Assembly: GCA_951406725.2 (NCBI GenBank)
Contig: OX597816.1
Coordinates: 48,794,001 to 48,858,000 of the forward strand
DNA length: 64,000 nt
DNA from: Octopus vulgaris
Taxonomy: Eukaryota
Direction: 5' to 3'
Below, in pieces: positions 1-13,593 of the stretch. Position numbers and translations under genes: made by a program. Below the pieces are notes generated by a model. That model ran no database searches. It saw nothing but the letters and a program-made list of their open reading frames with translations, and was not told the origin of the DNA. Each line of letters starts with the position of its first letter. The stretch's first letter is position 1.

Positions 1-671
1 TGATTATATTAGCCAATGTACCCTTCCTTTAACCCAGTAGTATATGGTTTTAAGGGGATTTGGGTGTTATTCCAAGCACATCGACGAGCGAAAACGCAGA
101 GGGGCCCTGATTATGTGCGAGTATTCGTATGGATGGGTACGTGTGTGTATGTGGGTGCATACAAGCCAAATAACCGGTTCAAGGCGTGTGTCAAACTGAA
201 GAATCAAAGCGTGTGCACAAGTTTATAGTAAATATATACATTGTATAGAGAAAACACCCAAAGCCTATACAAAAACACTGAATATGTGTTTATTATTCAT
301 CCAAAGTAAACAGTACGTGTGTAGGCACGTTTGTTGTCCACATATATATTTATTAAAGACGAAACGAATAATAATTTTATACAAAACGAATAACTTTCAA
401 ATTCTATAAAGCAATGCAAGTCAAGCTTTCAAATCGAATTTAGCTGTTTACATTAACAACGTCACAAAACAGCTGTTTACGTCACAGTAACAATATGTTT
501 AGACGGGGCAAATAATTTCAACTCAATACAGAGAATACGATTGGTTAAAATTCGCAGATTTAAACTACGTTTAAACTTATAAAATACATTTTTGTCAAAA
601 AAACTAGTTGAAATTATTGTTTTCTTTTGACACATTCTACCATTATACGAAGTTTCAAAAAGAAAAGATCC
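1..671. mobile_element. Right part of a non-autonomous TIR DNA transposon (second copy of the element at 46573-47979)
   Basis: 1-322 and 472-671 are near-identical to 47410-47979; ends in the same terminus AAGAAAAGATCC. Confidence 0.8.
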
Positions 672-1463
672 AATATGGATCTGCTCCCATTTATTAACAA
701 ATGACACTCGGATATAGGGGTCATCATTACATCATTTTGAACTTTTCTTTTCATAGATCTGGGTACTTCAAGTCATAGACGAAGGAATGCTGTCTTGTTA
801 CTTGACATCCATGAACGTTAAACTGTTATCGTAAGTACATAATGCTTATCTCTGTCTTATCACATGTTTCTTTGCACACGCGCAAATCTAATCTAATAAA
901 TGCGAAAACTATTTTCTGTGTCAGTGTGTCACACTTAGAACCTCTCTCTCACTATTCAATGACACTCCTACTATTCCCCATGATGGGGTGAAGAGTAATA
1001 GTAAGCATAGAGACGGTGAGGGTGGTGGCGAAGACACAAAGAGAGAGAAAGAGAGACAAAGAAATCTAGGGAGAGTTGACGATGTTGTATTAAAAGTAGT
1101 AGTGTTGATAGTGGTAGTAGGAGTAATAATAAAAGAGAAAGATTGGGTATGTGAGAGAAAGAGGGAGCTGATGTCCAACTTCGTTAAGCCATGTCTCTTT
1201 GACAGAAATTGCTGTCGCCAACATACTGAATATAAATGATACATTTTAATGATGACCACACCTCACCCTTTTTTTCATTCTATTCCCCATTCTAAAAGAG
1301 GTCACCATTCTTGAACTCATAGCTTATGCCAGTAGCTATACAATGGTAAAAAAAATAAATAAATAGACGGTAAAAAACATTCCAAATTGAAAAGAAACCC
1401 CCTCTCTCTCTACCTATCTATCCGTCTGTCCATCCATCCATCCATCCATCCATCCATCCATCC

Positions 1464-1528
<65 letters not shown>

Positions 1529-1820
1529 GTTGTGGTGGTGGTAGCCGGGGCAGTCATGGATGATGGTGATAGTAAATGATGTAAAAGACAGTGGTGATGG
1601 GGTGGAGGGGACGGCGGCGGAGTCAGAAGTCTGAATGGCGTGCGTATGACAGTTGTGGTGGCGATGGTGGTGGTACTGGTGATAGTGATGGATGAAAGCA
1701 ATCAACAGAGAGAGTGAGAGAGAGATTAGATAAAAAAAAACTGTACTGACTCCCGAATAGGAAGACAGAAATGTTGTTTATCATGCAGCTTTGCAATAAG
1801 TTCCAAGTCAACAAATTATA

Positions 1821-2051
1821 TATTTCTTTATTGCCCACAACGGGCTAAACATAGAGGGGACAAACAAGGACAGATACACGGATTAAGTCGATTACATCGA
1901 CACCAGTGCGAAACTGGCACTTCATTTATCGACCCCGAAAGGATGAAAGGCAAAGTCGACCTCGGCGGAATTTGAACTCAGAACGTAACGGCAGACGAAA
2001 TACGGCTACGCATTTCGCCCGGCGTGCTAACGATTCTGCCAGCTCGCCGCC
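1821..2051 (-). mobile_element. tRNA-derived SINE family A (Meta/LF-SINE-like core)
   Basis: Head GGCGGCGAGCTGGCAGAA, B box GAGTTCAAATTCC, core GCCTTTCATCCTTTCGGGGTCGATAAA; further copies near 6060, 13680, 14285, 15415, 18868, 25190, 53160, 56590, 59160. Confidence 0.85.
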
Positions 2052-2638
2052 AAGTCGAGAAATTATATCACCTATAATACTAAATGGCAAGTTTGTGTGC
2101 TTATGAATTTGTTACTTTAGCTACCCCGAGACTATCCAACATACCATCATGAAACTTGACAGTGTGGGGGTGGGGGCTTATGCCCATGCGGTCATTTAAG
2201 CACTTGGAATTTTTTAAAAAATCGCTTTTTAATCAGCGTCGATTTTTCAAAATTCGTAAAATTTCGGCATTTTTTGCACTAGCCATCATGACATCGTGAC
2301 TTTGGATCAGGCGATGGCAATACTCGAACACGAGTTTGCAGTCATCGTGTATGTACGTACGTACATGCACACACACACACACACAGAAAAAGGAGAAGGG
2401 AAGAGAGAGAGGAGAGACAGAAGAGAGAGAGAGAGGAGAGAGAGAGAGAAGAGAGAGAGAGAAAGTGAGTTTACATTTAAATATATTCTATTAAGGAAAC
2501 ATTTTTTTTCTCAGAAAATTTTACCAATCTGATGCACTTCTCAGAGATGACGATTTCTTCTCGAACCTGATGACTGTTACACTAGGTATGTATAATGGAA
2601 ATTACAATTTCACACACATACACACATACATCACACAG

Positions 2639-2669
<31 letters not shown>

Positions 2670-2849
2670 GAGTGTTGATCCGCTGGGTAATGTAACATGG
2701 ATTCCTCATCATGTGTACATTTATTGCAGGCCTCGAACCTGGAATTTAAATATGTTCCAGGTGGCAACATACAGAAGTCTGTGTATCGATTTTCCTTGCT
2801 TTACTCTCTTGTGCCACCCTTTCTCACCCTCTCTTTGTAAAGCAACATT

Positions 2850-3280
2850 ACTCTTTACTTTTTTACTCTTTTACTTGTTTAAATCATTTGACTGTGGCCA
2901 TGCTGGAGCACCGCCTTTAGTCGAGCAAATCGACCCCAGAACTTATTCTTTGTAAGACTAGTACTTATTCTATTGGTGTCTTTTGCCGAACCGCTAAGTT
3001 ATGGGGACGTAAACACACCAGCATCTGTTGTCAAGCGATGTTGGGGGGAGGGGAACAAACACAGACACACAAACGTATACACACACGTATATATCTATCT
3101 ATATATACATATATACGACGGGCTTCTTTCAGTTTTCGTCTACCAAATCCACTCACAAGGCTTTGGTCAGCCCGAGGTTATATTAGAAGATACTTGCCCA
3201 AGGTGCCATGCAGTGAGACTGAACCTGGAACCATATGGTTGGTAAGAAAGTTATTTACCACACAGCCACTCCTACGCCTA
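2850..3280 (-). mobile_element. tRNA-derived SINE family B (CORE-like, internal microsatellite)
   Basis: Head GGCGTAGGAGTGGCTGTGTGGTAA, GGCACCTTGGGCAAG, tail (GTAAAAGA)n; further copies near 5150, 12900, 13947, 44330, 58375, 61813, 62526. Confidence 0.85.
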
Positions 3281-3633
3281 TAAAAGAAATCGCTCCTGGG
3301 CGAGCATGAACCACCAACATTTCGGTTAACAGCCGAATGCACTAACCGATTATGCAACTTTGTGATGATTCTCATTGCATCGATATTGCTTGCTTATCCA
3401 CCGGACTAACTTTTCAAGGGACTTGCAAACTTCCAGCACATTCCGCTTCAGAACAACTTCAGCATCACATGACAATCAGCTATGTCGTTCCAGACCTACC
3501 GTTTAATACTAGCATGAATGGAAGTACATCGTACACCGCTCCCTGTAGGAATCGCAATCTGGCTGGCTCTATTTTCCACAACATATTTACGCTAGTTTCG
3601 TATCACGTATGCACACACACACACACGCACACA

Positions 3634-3718
<85 letters not shown>

Positions 3719-4124
3719 GCGTGGTGCGTCCTCGTACATATACACAGAAATCTACTTATTCTTCTTTACTGAAATGTAAAAATTTCAATATTCTCCATGA
3801 ACCGGCATTGTTTCACTTCCAATTTGAAATATATTCACTTCGCCGAGCATATAATCTCATTCAGAAAAGACATGCATATCACAGCACCATCTAGATCACA
3901 AAGCTTTGACATACTGCTGAAAAACAATTACATAATTGATATGTAGTTAATCTAGTGTTAATGTATTTAATGCAAAATGAAGTAATTATGCAGAAAGGAA
4001 AACACAGTACAAATACTATTTCAATGGTTTTGGCAAGCATGTGAGATAACTCTGTGCACTTTTTGCTTTTAATATGACCTCATCAGTGGAGTATAACGTT
4101 ATTGATATATCATTGTCGTTTCAG

Positions 4125-4175
4125 ATTTAGATCGAAACACGCATGAAAAGAAAGAAAAATTTAAGCTTGCTGCTG
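4125..4175 (+). other. Probable upstream exon of the RH-domain gene (5'UTR or alternative coding)
   Basis: tttcAG acceptor and G|GTAAGT donor; 51 nt, open in phase 1/1 (DLDRNTHEKKEKFKLAA). Confidence 0.45.
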
Positions 4176-4541
4176 GTAAGTATCAGCATTGTGGAATTTG
4201 ATGTTTCAGGGGTGGAATTACAATAGGTTCCCCCATTGTTTTGCTTTAGATTAGCTTTGATTAAAAACATACCAATCGCGATCATCCTGCCTTTTTACAG
4301 TTTTCTTGCACTACATTATCAAATGCTTCATTCCTTCATTTAAGACTCTATGGTGTGATTTTATAAAGACTTAACTGCTACTTCTATCATATCAAACTGC
4401 TACGTAGAGTATCCCTTATCTGGTTAAATGATTAAGTTGATCATAATTGTGCTGGCATCCTTATGGTTTTTTATGTAATAATTTGGTAATTCAATCTCAC
4501 GAATTTTGTTTCTTTCAGAAATATATTCACTCTAAAAGGAG

Positions 4542-4614
4542 ATGCTTCTTCATTCACGTTTGGTGAATGATGAATTGACTAGGAAGAATCGATTCCATCA
4601 GATGGTATCCAACG
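4542..4614 (+). CDS. RH-domain gene, first coding exon (exon starts 4519): MLLHSRLVNDELTRKNRFHQMVSN
   Basis: Acceptor tctttcAG at 4517-18; ATG at 4542 after an in-frame TAA; phase-1 donor G|GTCAGT matches the next exon. Confidence 0.55.
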
Positions 4615-4841
4615 GTCAGTGAGTGATTTGATCCTGAACCGTAACACCTTCCCACTCGTGAGTTGCCAGTGGTGGCCATATAAATGCTCACCAACTCCTT
4701 CTGGCTTAACTCCTCTGTCGTGCTCCATAATCAACAAGAGGATCTTTCTGCTGCCTCTCCCACCATGCGCACAGATATTTTTGTATAAAGAATTTTTGAA
4801 ATTTTTCGTTGAATTCAAACTGGCCACAACAAAGTGACAAA

Positions 4842-4898
<57 letters not shown>

Positions 4899-5801
4899 TG
4901 AGAGGGTTGGTGTGTGAAAGCACGTGGTTGGATGTATAAAAAATAAAAAAGAGTGAAAAAACTACAGAAGGTTTGTGTAGTAAGGTTAAAGAATATATTT
5001 AAGTCGTTATGTTAAAAAATGTTATAAAATTTTGTGTATAGTAACATAGTTTTTGGAGAAATAACCGGGTTCGTATTTTCTTTTCAAATATTTTAAATTT
5101 CTTTACCTACATCGTGAGGTAAAGGCATTTGAGAAATTTAAAAACCTGCATCGGTTGTCAAGCGATGTTGTACATATATGCGACGGGCTTCTTTCAGTTT
5201 CCGTCTACCATATCCACTCACTAGGCTTTGGTCGGTCCAAGGCTATAGTAGAAGACACTTGCCCAAGGTGCTACGCAGTGGGACTGAACCCGGAATCATG
5301 TGGTTGGCAAGCAAGCTACCTAGCACACAGCCACACCTGCGCCTCATGTCCACACATATATATAAAGTTACTGACGTCAATCTTCCTTATTTTGCTTTAT
5401 AGGCAGAGCAAAGTCAGTCAACGAAGAAAACGCATCTTTGAACGGTAGGTTTTTTTGTTTGTTTTTTTACCTTGCCTCGTTCTCATAAATATATTATTGG
5501 ATATAAGCAGCATATCCATAGGACTTCAAGATTCTACATCGTAATCATAGGATTCTGAGTTCGATTCTACAGTGCATCACCATAAGGAAATACTGTGCTG
5601 TTGTTGTTATTGTTTTTGTAACTGTTGTTCCAATCGCAGTTGAATGCTGCAATACGGGTTGAAGTCGGAGAATGGCTTTGATCCGACTTAACGCTAAATT
5701 TGAAACTCGCTGTCTTCAGTTCAATCTTCTTGTCAATTCTCACCTATCGTCAAGAATATTGGATAATGATCGAAAGAGTACGATTGTGAACACAAATACA
5801 T

Positions 5802-5882
<81 letters not shown>

Positions 5883-6799
5883 TGTGTGTGTTTATGGAAA
5901 TTTATTCTGAAGTGGTGTTCTTTATTATATTTCAGCTTTTATTAGTAGAAACTTTGGTGAGGAAGAACCAGTCCTTGACTCAAGTAAGTTACCATAAAAA
6001 TGATACAGTTTAGTCATATTTGTATTGATATTTTATTGTATTGTTTCAAATATTATTCTGCAGGCTCACTGTTGGCAGATTCGTTGGCACGTCGGAAAAA
6101 AAATGTTATGTGGCATTTCTGCCGGCTTTACATTTTGAGTTCAAATTCTGCCGAGGTTGATTTTATCTTATATCCTTTCAGGGTCGATAAAATTAGTACC
6201 AGTTGAGTACTGGTGTCAATCTAATCGAGTAGCTTCCTCCCCTCAAAAGTTCAGGTCTTCCATCTTTAGTAGAAAGAACCCTTATAAAACACTTCCTTTT
6301 TTTTTTTTTTTAATTAAAAGGGATATTTTACGTAGAGAAGAAAGGAATTATGTAGAGTATTGGTATTTAAATGTAGAAATAATTAAAGATAAAAACAGCA
6401 CAGAATTTGATTAATAAGAACAAATCAAAGCAAATATACAAAAAACAATGGATAACAAGTAAGAAACACCCTGAATGTACATAAGGTGAAATAGCAAAAG
6501 AAATTGCAGTACGATTCGTATTTAACCCTATTTGAATGCTATGCACAGAAGGCCCTGTGTGGATGCTACGACAACTCCTAAGAGACGTTTTATAGTAACT
6601 CAGCATATGAGTAATATTTAAGTGGTTCATGAATTATAAAGTTCCACTACAAGTCAGCACAGTCAAAGGAATAATTCAGTCGCGTTCATAAATAGCTGAT
6701 TGTAAAAGCTATGCAATGAAGTTGTCAAGACAGGAGAAAATATATACAGTAGATTAATATCGACATATCCAAGTTGGGCAGAAAGTAGTTAAAGCGACT

Positions 6800-7620
6800 G
6801 GCAAGGGAGTATGTGGAGCTGGACCGTAGGATACCGCGCACTCAGAAAATTGAAGCTGAAAACAAATCGTTATATAACCTTTGTACCAAAATATTCGAGA
6901 AGGATCAAGAAGAATTTATCATGAGAAGTCTTGATGCTGACTGGTCAATAACTTGACCTCTTACGCAAACAAAGTTGTGTTATGTCGTGACTTAGACTTT
7001 GTAATATGACGATTCGGTTTCGAGTCCTGCTACAACCCTTTGTTTGTCATGTGTATCACATGTGTCACACTCGACTGTCATACAAAATAGTAAAATACAT
7101 ACGATAATGTAGTTCTGGAACACTCTAAAAGACAGAATGGTAAATGTTGTAATATCTTTGTCTCTGGTCTGCTCAATCATAGTTGACTGAAAGTTAAAAA
7201 GAACATGTAAGTTATAAGGATTGAGAGTATATAAAAACAAACATGTCGCGACAAACAACAAATAGTACAAGTCAACATTTTCTTTGATTAACAAACTGCG
7301 TTAGAATACCGAAGAACAAATGCAAATTTCCTTCTTGTTTCCCTAATAAATATGATTCCAGTTCTTTTAAATCTTGATCTATTGATGAATCTTATGGCAG
7401 CTCCTCACTAGATTTTCATAATGTTCCTTATCCTTTGGTAACTAAGGTGGTTGCTTGAGGCCTTTTTTTATTGTTGGTTGCTGATCACTTCATAGGGAGA
7501 GATTATAAAAGTTGTCACATCAAGAAAATTTGTCTGAAGTTGTTTGTTTGTTGATATCTTTTGACAGCTATGTTGCTTACTCAGAAAGAGAATATTCTCA
7601 GATTAATTCATTTGCACGCA
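6800..7620 (-). pseudogene. Highly decayed Penelope-like RT/GIY-YIG remnant
   Basis: Minus-strand fragments resembling NFLDVT and W..P.F....K.NV...L motifs; no intact ORF; boundaries approximate. Confidence 0.3.
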
Positions 7621-7817
7621 TCAAAAAATATCGCATTCAACAGAGTTAATAAAGTGACGGAAATTGTAACAGTACAGGACTACATGTTGTACATCATTTA
7701 AATTTCGGGTTCATTATCCATCAAGATTTGGCATTTTCTCTATTTCATTCAATCAAACAAGCTTCCAGCACAAGCCACTAAATATGCCCCAATGTAGGAA
7801 ATGAATTTTACTTTATA

Positions 7818-8201
7818 CTAGCAGTATCGCCCGGCGTTGCTCGGGTTTGTAAGGGAAATAACTATAAAGCATTTTTAGAGAGTTATAGCCAAAAAATAGC
7901 AAAAAAATGGAAAAAAAATGATGGTAAATTTTTTTTGAGAGTTAAAAAGGTCGAGTTGCGTCCCCTAGACAGTCTGTGGTTTGTGTTTCTGATTCTCGAC
8001 CCCATGTCGAATTTATCGATTTTTTTCAGAACTGAGGGAACTTTTCAAAATTTCCGCTGCGTTAGTTTTGAATTATGACATTGGACTATGTGTGTGTCAA
8101 GTTTCATCAGAATCGGTTGAAAGCCGTGGTCAGGGTGAGGGTACAACCTAACAGACACACAGACACGCAGACAGACAAACTGCCGTTTATATATAGAGAG
8201 A
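7818..8201 (-). mobile_element. Non-autonomous Helitron
   Basis: On minus: 5' TC, 3' hairpin CCCGAGC-AAC-GCCGGG then CTAG; sits between host A and T, no TSD. Confidence 0.8.
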
Positions 8202-8545
8202 TGTGAAGATAATAAATAGTGTAGAAATGTAAGATTCTAGATTAAAATTCTTTATAGTGTTTACCTTCATCCTTTTACGCTGTGAATTAAAACCTTATGT
8301 AACTTGGCGTCACTTTTTATCCTTTTTGAAAGAAGGGAGTAAGTTCTAATAAGATATTAGTGTTGATATTTTCACCATCACTTCTCGTATAAAAAAAATA
8401 AGGGCTAAATGACTAATGCATACAAAAGTAAAAAGCAAAAACAAAATAATGAAAAGGGAAAACTATACCCAGTTTAGTAGTATAACTAGTAGAAAGGTTT
8501 TAGTTATTTGTATTTATTTAAATAACTTCTGTTTCTTTTATACAG

Positions 8546-10519
8546 GGATCGTTGAAAAATATGAACATTGTGCGAGGAGGCCGGATCAGAGAAATTCTAT
8601 GAGAAATGGTATAGAACCGGCACCTAATAATAGACCCCCGCACAATCTTACAAAGAATAAATCTCGAGAAAGTTTAACGAGTAGAAAGTCATCATCTTCG
8701 CTAAAAAGCATTGGAAGCGATTCTATGCAAAACAAAACTAAAACGAAGACAAAAGGACGGACATCGCCGAGTGTAAAGAGCACGAAAATAAACGACAAAC
8801 ATGTCAGGTGTTCTATATCTCCATCGTCTTCGTGGTATTATGATCCACTAAATGCTGTATGTAACATTCCATCGATAAAACCAGTCCGAAGTTCATCTAC
8901 TGGAGCGTTAGTCAATATTAATGACAAATTCCAAGCAAAACGAAGTGCAAGCTGTAATAATAATCCGCTTGCGAAACGAAATTCTCTTAAAAAGCACAAC
9001 AGTTCCTTGGATCAGAATCTAAACCATTCGATTTCGAACTGTAGTTCAGTTGGCTCGCCTGAAACCGGAAGCAAGTTATCCACGTCGAACTGTGTCAAAA
9101 TCCGGAAATGTCGTACGCGTTCTCCTAGTATAAGAAGTGTTAATGATGATATAATTGGTTCTTCGCCTAAAGAAAACACCAATGAAATGTCTTGCTCTGA
9201 CACTTCAACCAAAACACTCACCTCAGAAATGGTGAAGGGTATTCATAAGCAACATCCGTCTACCCAAAGCTCTCCGTCCAGTAAAAGCAGTAAACAAAAT
9301 ATTTCGCCAAAATCAGAAGCGACTCAAGCCAAAAGGCAGTCTAATGAGTCAAAGGAATATTCGCAAACTGAAAGTCTTGAAGAGATGTTGAAAAATTCTT
9401 CAAATTTATCAGCTACAAAAGAGAAGAGTAAAACGAATCCTAAAATGTATGCTTCTGCATTTTCTTCATCGTCCACTTCATCTTCATCATCCTCTCTGAA
9501 GGCCCCAATAGCTGCCGCCGCTGCAGTTGCGCTTGGTCCACAAGGGGATTGCGAGACGCTGGCTTTTCGAAAGACAAGCAATAGGTCTTCTAGTAAAATT
9601 AATCGAAAATCTTGGCCGTTTTACCAAAATCAGTTGCTTGATGTTTGTCAAGGAGCGCCTGGTGTCCCCAAGCTGAAATCTAGCCCCCTTTCTACTGACC
9701 GTTTAACCAGAATTGAAAAGAAGAAGCAACGCAGTCAATCATTTGATAAGGACGGTGTTGTCAGTTTGACGACACCTTATATTAACACTCCTGCTAACGC
9801 TCAACCAAGGGTATCTAATTATTCTATCACCTCCTCTGGTTCATTCGTTTCAGCTAGCAGCTACTCTACAGAATCTTATGAGTCTTTATTTACATCAGAA
9901 GAATGCAACGAAGCAACGGAAGAAACCAGTATGAAACATTGCTCTTCTCACACCGAGTCATCACTTACTCTTCAATATGTCAGTGCAGAAGGTGCATCTG
10001 TCGGTGGTAGTACGTCAGCAGAGTCCTTTGCAACGGTCAATGAGTCGGCCACAGAACACGTTTCCGTCAACGGTAGCACATCAGCTGATTCTTTTGCAAC
10101 CGTAGATGGTTCTTCTGCAGATTCCTCTCAGGGCATGCGCAGATTTCCACCTCCACTTCAAGAACAGCCAGCGCCACCAGGTCCGACGTTATTGTTAACA
10201 ACTTCAACCTCCACCGATTCATCTCAGTCATCGTTGTCACCTTCTCTCTCTCCTCGTTTTCGATCTTTGCAGGCGTCACCTTTTGTGCCAACTGCTTCAC
10301 CCATTTCACCCTCTTCATCAACATCACTAACACCAAATGCCTCAAACGATCCAAACGTACAATCAGTACATGCATCACCTGCAAAAACTTGTACATCTTC
10401 TTCGACACAATGTTCACCGTCAGACCTTCCAAACACCGAATTCTTGCCTTCAAATATGTTAGGAACTCTCATCGGTTTCGATGCACTCTCTATAAACTCT
10501 ATGAACAGATATTCCAAAG
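8546..10519 (+). CDS. RH-domain gene, coding exon 2 (1974 nt, Ser/Thr/Lys-rich low-complexity region)
   Basis: Within the 726-aa ORF 8416-10596; acceptor ttttatacAG, donor AAG|GTATGT, phase 1/1. Confidence 0.85.
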
Positions 10520-12141
10520 GTATGTTTTCTTCTTTTCTTTACTTCTTTTGCTTTCTTTTGAAATATTTGCATGAAAGAAACCATAAATATATTTAATAAG
10601 CATACATAAACCAAATACGTATGTACTTACGTAAATATTGAAACTTAAAATAAATTGTGCTTTGAGTAAACATATTTTTACTTTGGCCGAGAGGAACGAA
10701 ATTGAGGCGTTGGTTAAACTACATGCTTTTCTGTGTATGATCATGAAAAAGGATTTCATTTATTACTGGTTTCCATATTTTTTTTTGCTGGTTCATCAGA
10801 GATCATTTGCTCATTTTATTGACCCTCTCTGCCCCGGGAAAATTGCAGTAAGTAGCTATTTATTGCATACACAAACTCACATAGAATGAAAGTTCTCTGT
10901 CGTACGCACATTCCACATTTTTCTCCTTTTAACGCTAAAATAAGATGTCAGTATTTCGTATTTAAAAATGTAAAAAAAAAAAATAAATAAAAAAGATCCA
11001 TATTTTTAAAAAATTGAGACATAGGCCATTCTTGGAACTACCTATTAGAAATTTAGGGTCGATTCACAGGAGTAGACAGGATGTTTGAATTTCGCAGATT
11101 TGATCGCAAGCAATTTTATCACACAAGTGGTGAGATGTTTAATTTGTGTTAGGGTGAGATTTTGTCAGTGTTAAACAAATAATTGAACGTATTTTTCCCT
11201 CTCTCTCGGTATTTCGGTGATTCATTGTTGAATTTGTCAAGCATTTTTGTGCCCCAAAGACATCGGGACAAAGTAACAGATCTCTTCCCCCTTCCGACAA
11301 ATATGAGCTTACTTTAACTCACGAATATCTGTCTGTTTGTCTTCTCTGCACTATATTGATCGCCCACTCAGTTTTCTTCTTTTTTTCCACGTTGATTTAA
11401 AAAAATTTTTTTTTTATGTCGATTATATTTTTCTGTCTTGTTTTTCTGATCCTGTTAAAAACTGGGTCGATGAGTTGATAGGTTGTGAAAATCTACCAGT
11501 AGAAAATCTACCGGGCTCATAAGGCAGCGATTATGTATGACAGTTATTGTTATTCATCATCGGAACACCTTAACTCTTTTGACAATGTGTTGTCAGATAT
11601 ACACGATGTATGCGATCAGATATTCATGCTCGAATCCACCAGGATATATAAAGAATGTATGTATTATTGTTTGGAATATCACACCATTAAAAAATTATCT
11701 GTTTCGCAGAGATCATTACGCGTTTGCCGATTTTTATAAACAGTAGCTTGTACTTGTATGAGATTCATCGGTCGGGCGCAGTAGCTTTGATTCAGGAGGC
11801 ACACAATGAGGTCAAAATGGCACGGCACTTCAAAGTCCTCTAAGGTAATTTATCTGCATGCTTTAAGGACACACATCGTTTGATAAGAGTCGAGTGCTCT
11901 TCAATGACGAAACAAGAAGATCCATCAAATATTCATGATTGAATATGCCAGACAGAAGTATTAAGCACTTTCTATTACATAAAGATTTACTGAAAGATGT
12001 ATTGAGAAATATAAGTTTATCTATCTGTCTCTCTGTCTGACAGTCTGTCAGCTTGCCTGCATCTGTCTGTCTGTATGTATACTTTATTTAAAGCAGCAGA
12101 AAATTCAACAAAACCTGTTACTCTGAGTTTCACGTTGTCTG

Positions 12142-12193
<52 letters not shown>

Positions 12194-12199
12194 TGAATG

Positions 12200-12373
12200 T
12201 AGGCGTGGGAGTGGCTGTGTGGTAAGTAGCTTGCTTACCAACTACATGGTTTCGGGCTCAGTCCCACTGCGTGGCACCTTTGGCAGGTGTCTTCTACTAT
12301 AGCCTCGGGCCGACCAAAGCCATGTGAGTGGATTTGGTAGACGGAAACTGAAAGAAGCCCGTCATATCTATGC

Positions 12374-12411
<38 letters not shown>

Positions 12412-12620
12412 ATATGTTTGTGTGTCTGTGTTTGTCTTCCCATCATCACGTGACAATCGATGCTGGTTTGTTTACGCCCCTGTAACTTAGCGGTTCGGCA
12501 AAAGAACCGATAGAATAAGTACTAGGCTTATAAAGAATAAGTCCTGGGGTCGATTTGCTCGACTAAATGTGGTGCTCCAGCATGGCCACAGTCAAAATGA
12601 CTGAAACAAGTAAAAGAGAG
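12200..12620 (+). mobile_element. SINE family B, full length
   Basis: Same head, CORE-like segment and tail as 2850-3280. Confidence 0.85.
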
Positions 12621-13047
12621 AGAGTGAGTATGTCGAAGACGTGTGGCCTGGTTTTGCACTCAAAATCGAAAGATCTTGGTTTCGATTCTCAGATCGGGTG
12701 CTGCGTTGTTTTCTCGATCAAAACACCCCATTTCAAGATGTTCCGTCCATACTGCTGTAAATCTATAATCCTGCGACGCAGGGGTAATTTTAGGATCACC
12801 GTCAGTTAATCGCCATGGAATCCGGATAACCATGCCTATGAGTTCTAGTACTCGAGACAATAATATCCAGTGGACGTACTTAAATTTTTATGTATGAATG
12901 CAGGCGTGGCTGTGTGGTAACAAGCTTGCTCCCCAATCACATGGATCTGGGTTCAGTTGCACTGCGTAGCACCTTGGGCAAGTGTCTTCTACTATATCCT
13001 CAAGCTGACAAAAACATTGTGAGAGGATTTGGTAAACGGAAACTCAT

Positions 13048-13093
<46 letters not shown>

Positions 13094-13302
13094 TGTGTAT
13101 GTGTGTGTGTGTGTATGTGTGTGTGTGTGTTAGTGCTTATCCCCCGCCACCGCGTGACAAGCGGTGTTGGTGTGTTTACGTCTCCGTATCTCGGCAAAAG
13201 AAACCGATAGAATAAGTATCAAGCTCATTTGAGCACAATCTTTTACAATCTGTGCCCCAGAATGACTACAGAAACAAGTAAAAGATAAAGATTATCTATC
13301 TG

Positions 13303-13377
<75 letters not shown>

Positions 13378-13432
13378 GTTTATTCATGTATGCCTGTATC
13401 TATTATACTGCATTATTTTCTTATTTGTTTAG

Positions 13433-13593
13433 GGGAAACCTCACCATCACACAGTAACGAAGTTGAATGCGGTTCTTTTCCAATTACCCCGGACGACAGT
13501 GTCAGCGACTTGACGACACCCCGTCATTCTTATGCAGAGAGCATGGTTGACCAGATCAGTTTAAATAGTACCAGTACATCAGATGGTAGCCAG
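13433..13593 (+). CDS. RH-domain gene, coding exon 3 (GETSPSHS...SDGSQ)
   Basis: Acceptor ttgtttAG, donor CAG|GTTTAG; phases 1/0 fit both neighbours. Confidence 0.8.

Noticed and set aside
1-671. 47-kb segmental or tandem duplication of the gene
   Set aside because: The shared sequence ends exactly at a TIR, and the other copy has its own TSD; it is a transposon.
2730-2776. Possible upstream exon (ASNLEFKYVPGGNIQK)
   Set aside because: Acceptor-like site only; no convincing donor or homology.
8416-10596. Single-exon 726-aa gene
   Set aside because: Splice sites at 8545/8546 and 10519/10520 and in-phase downstream exons show it is an internal exon.
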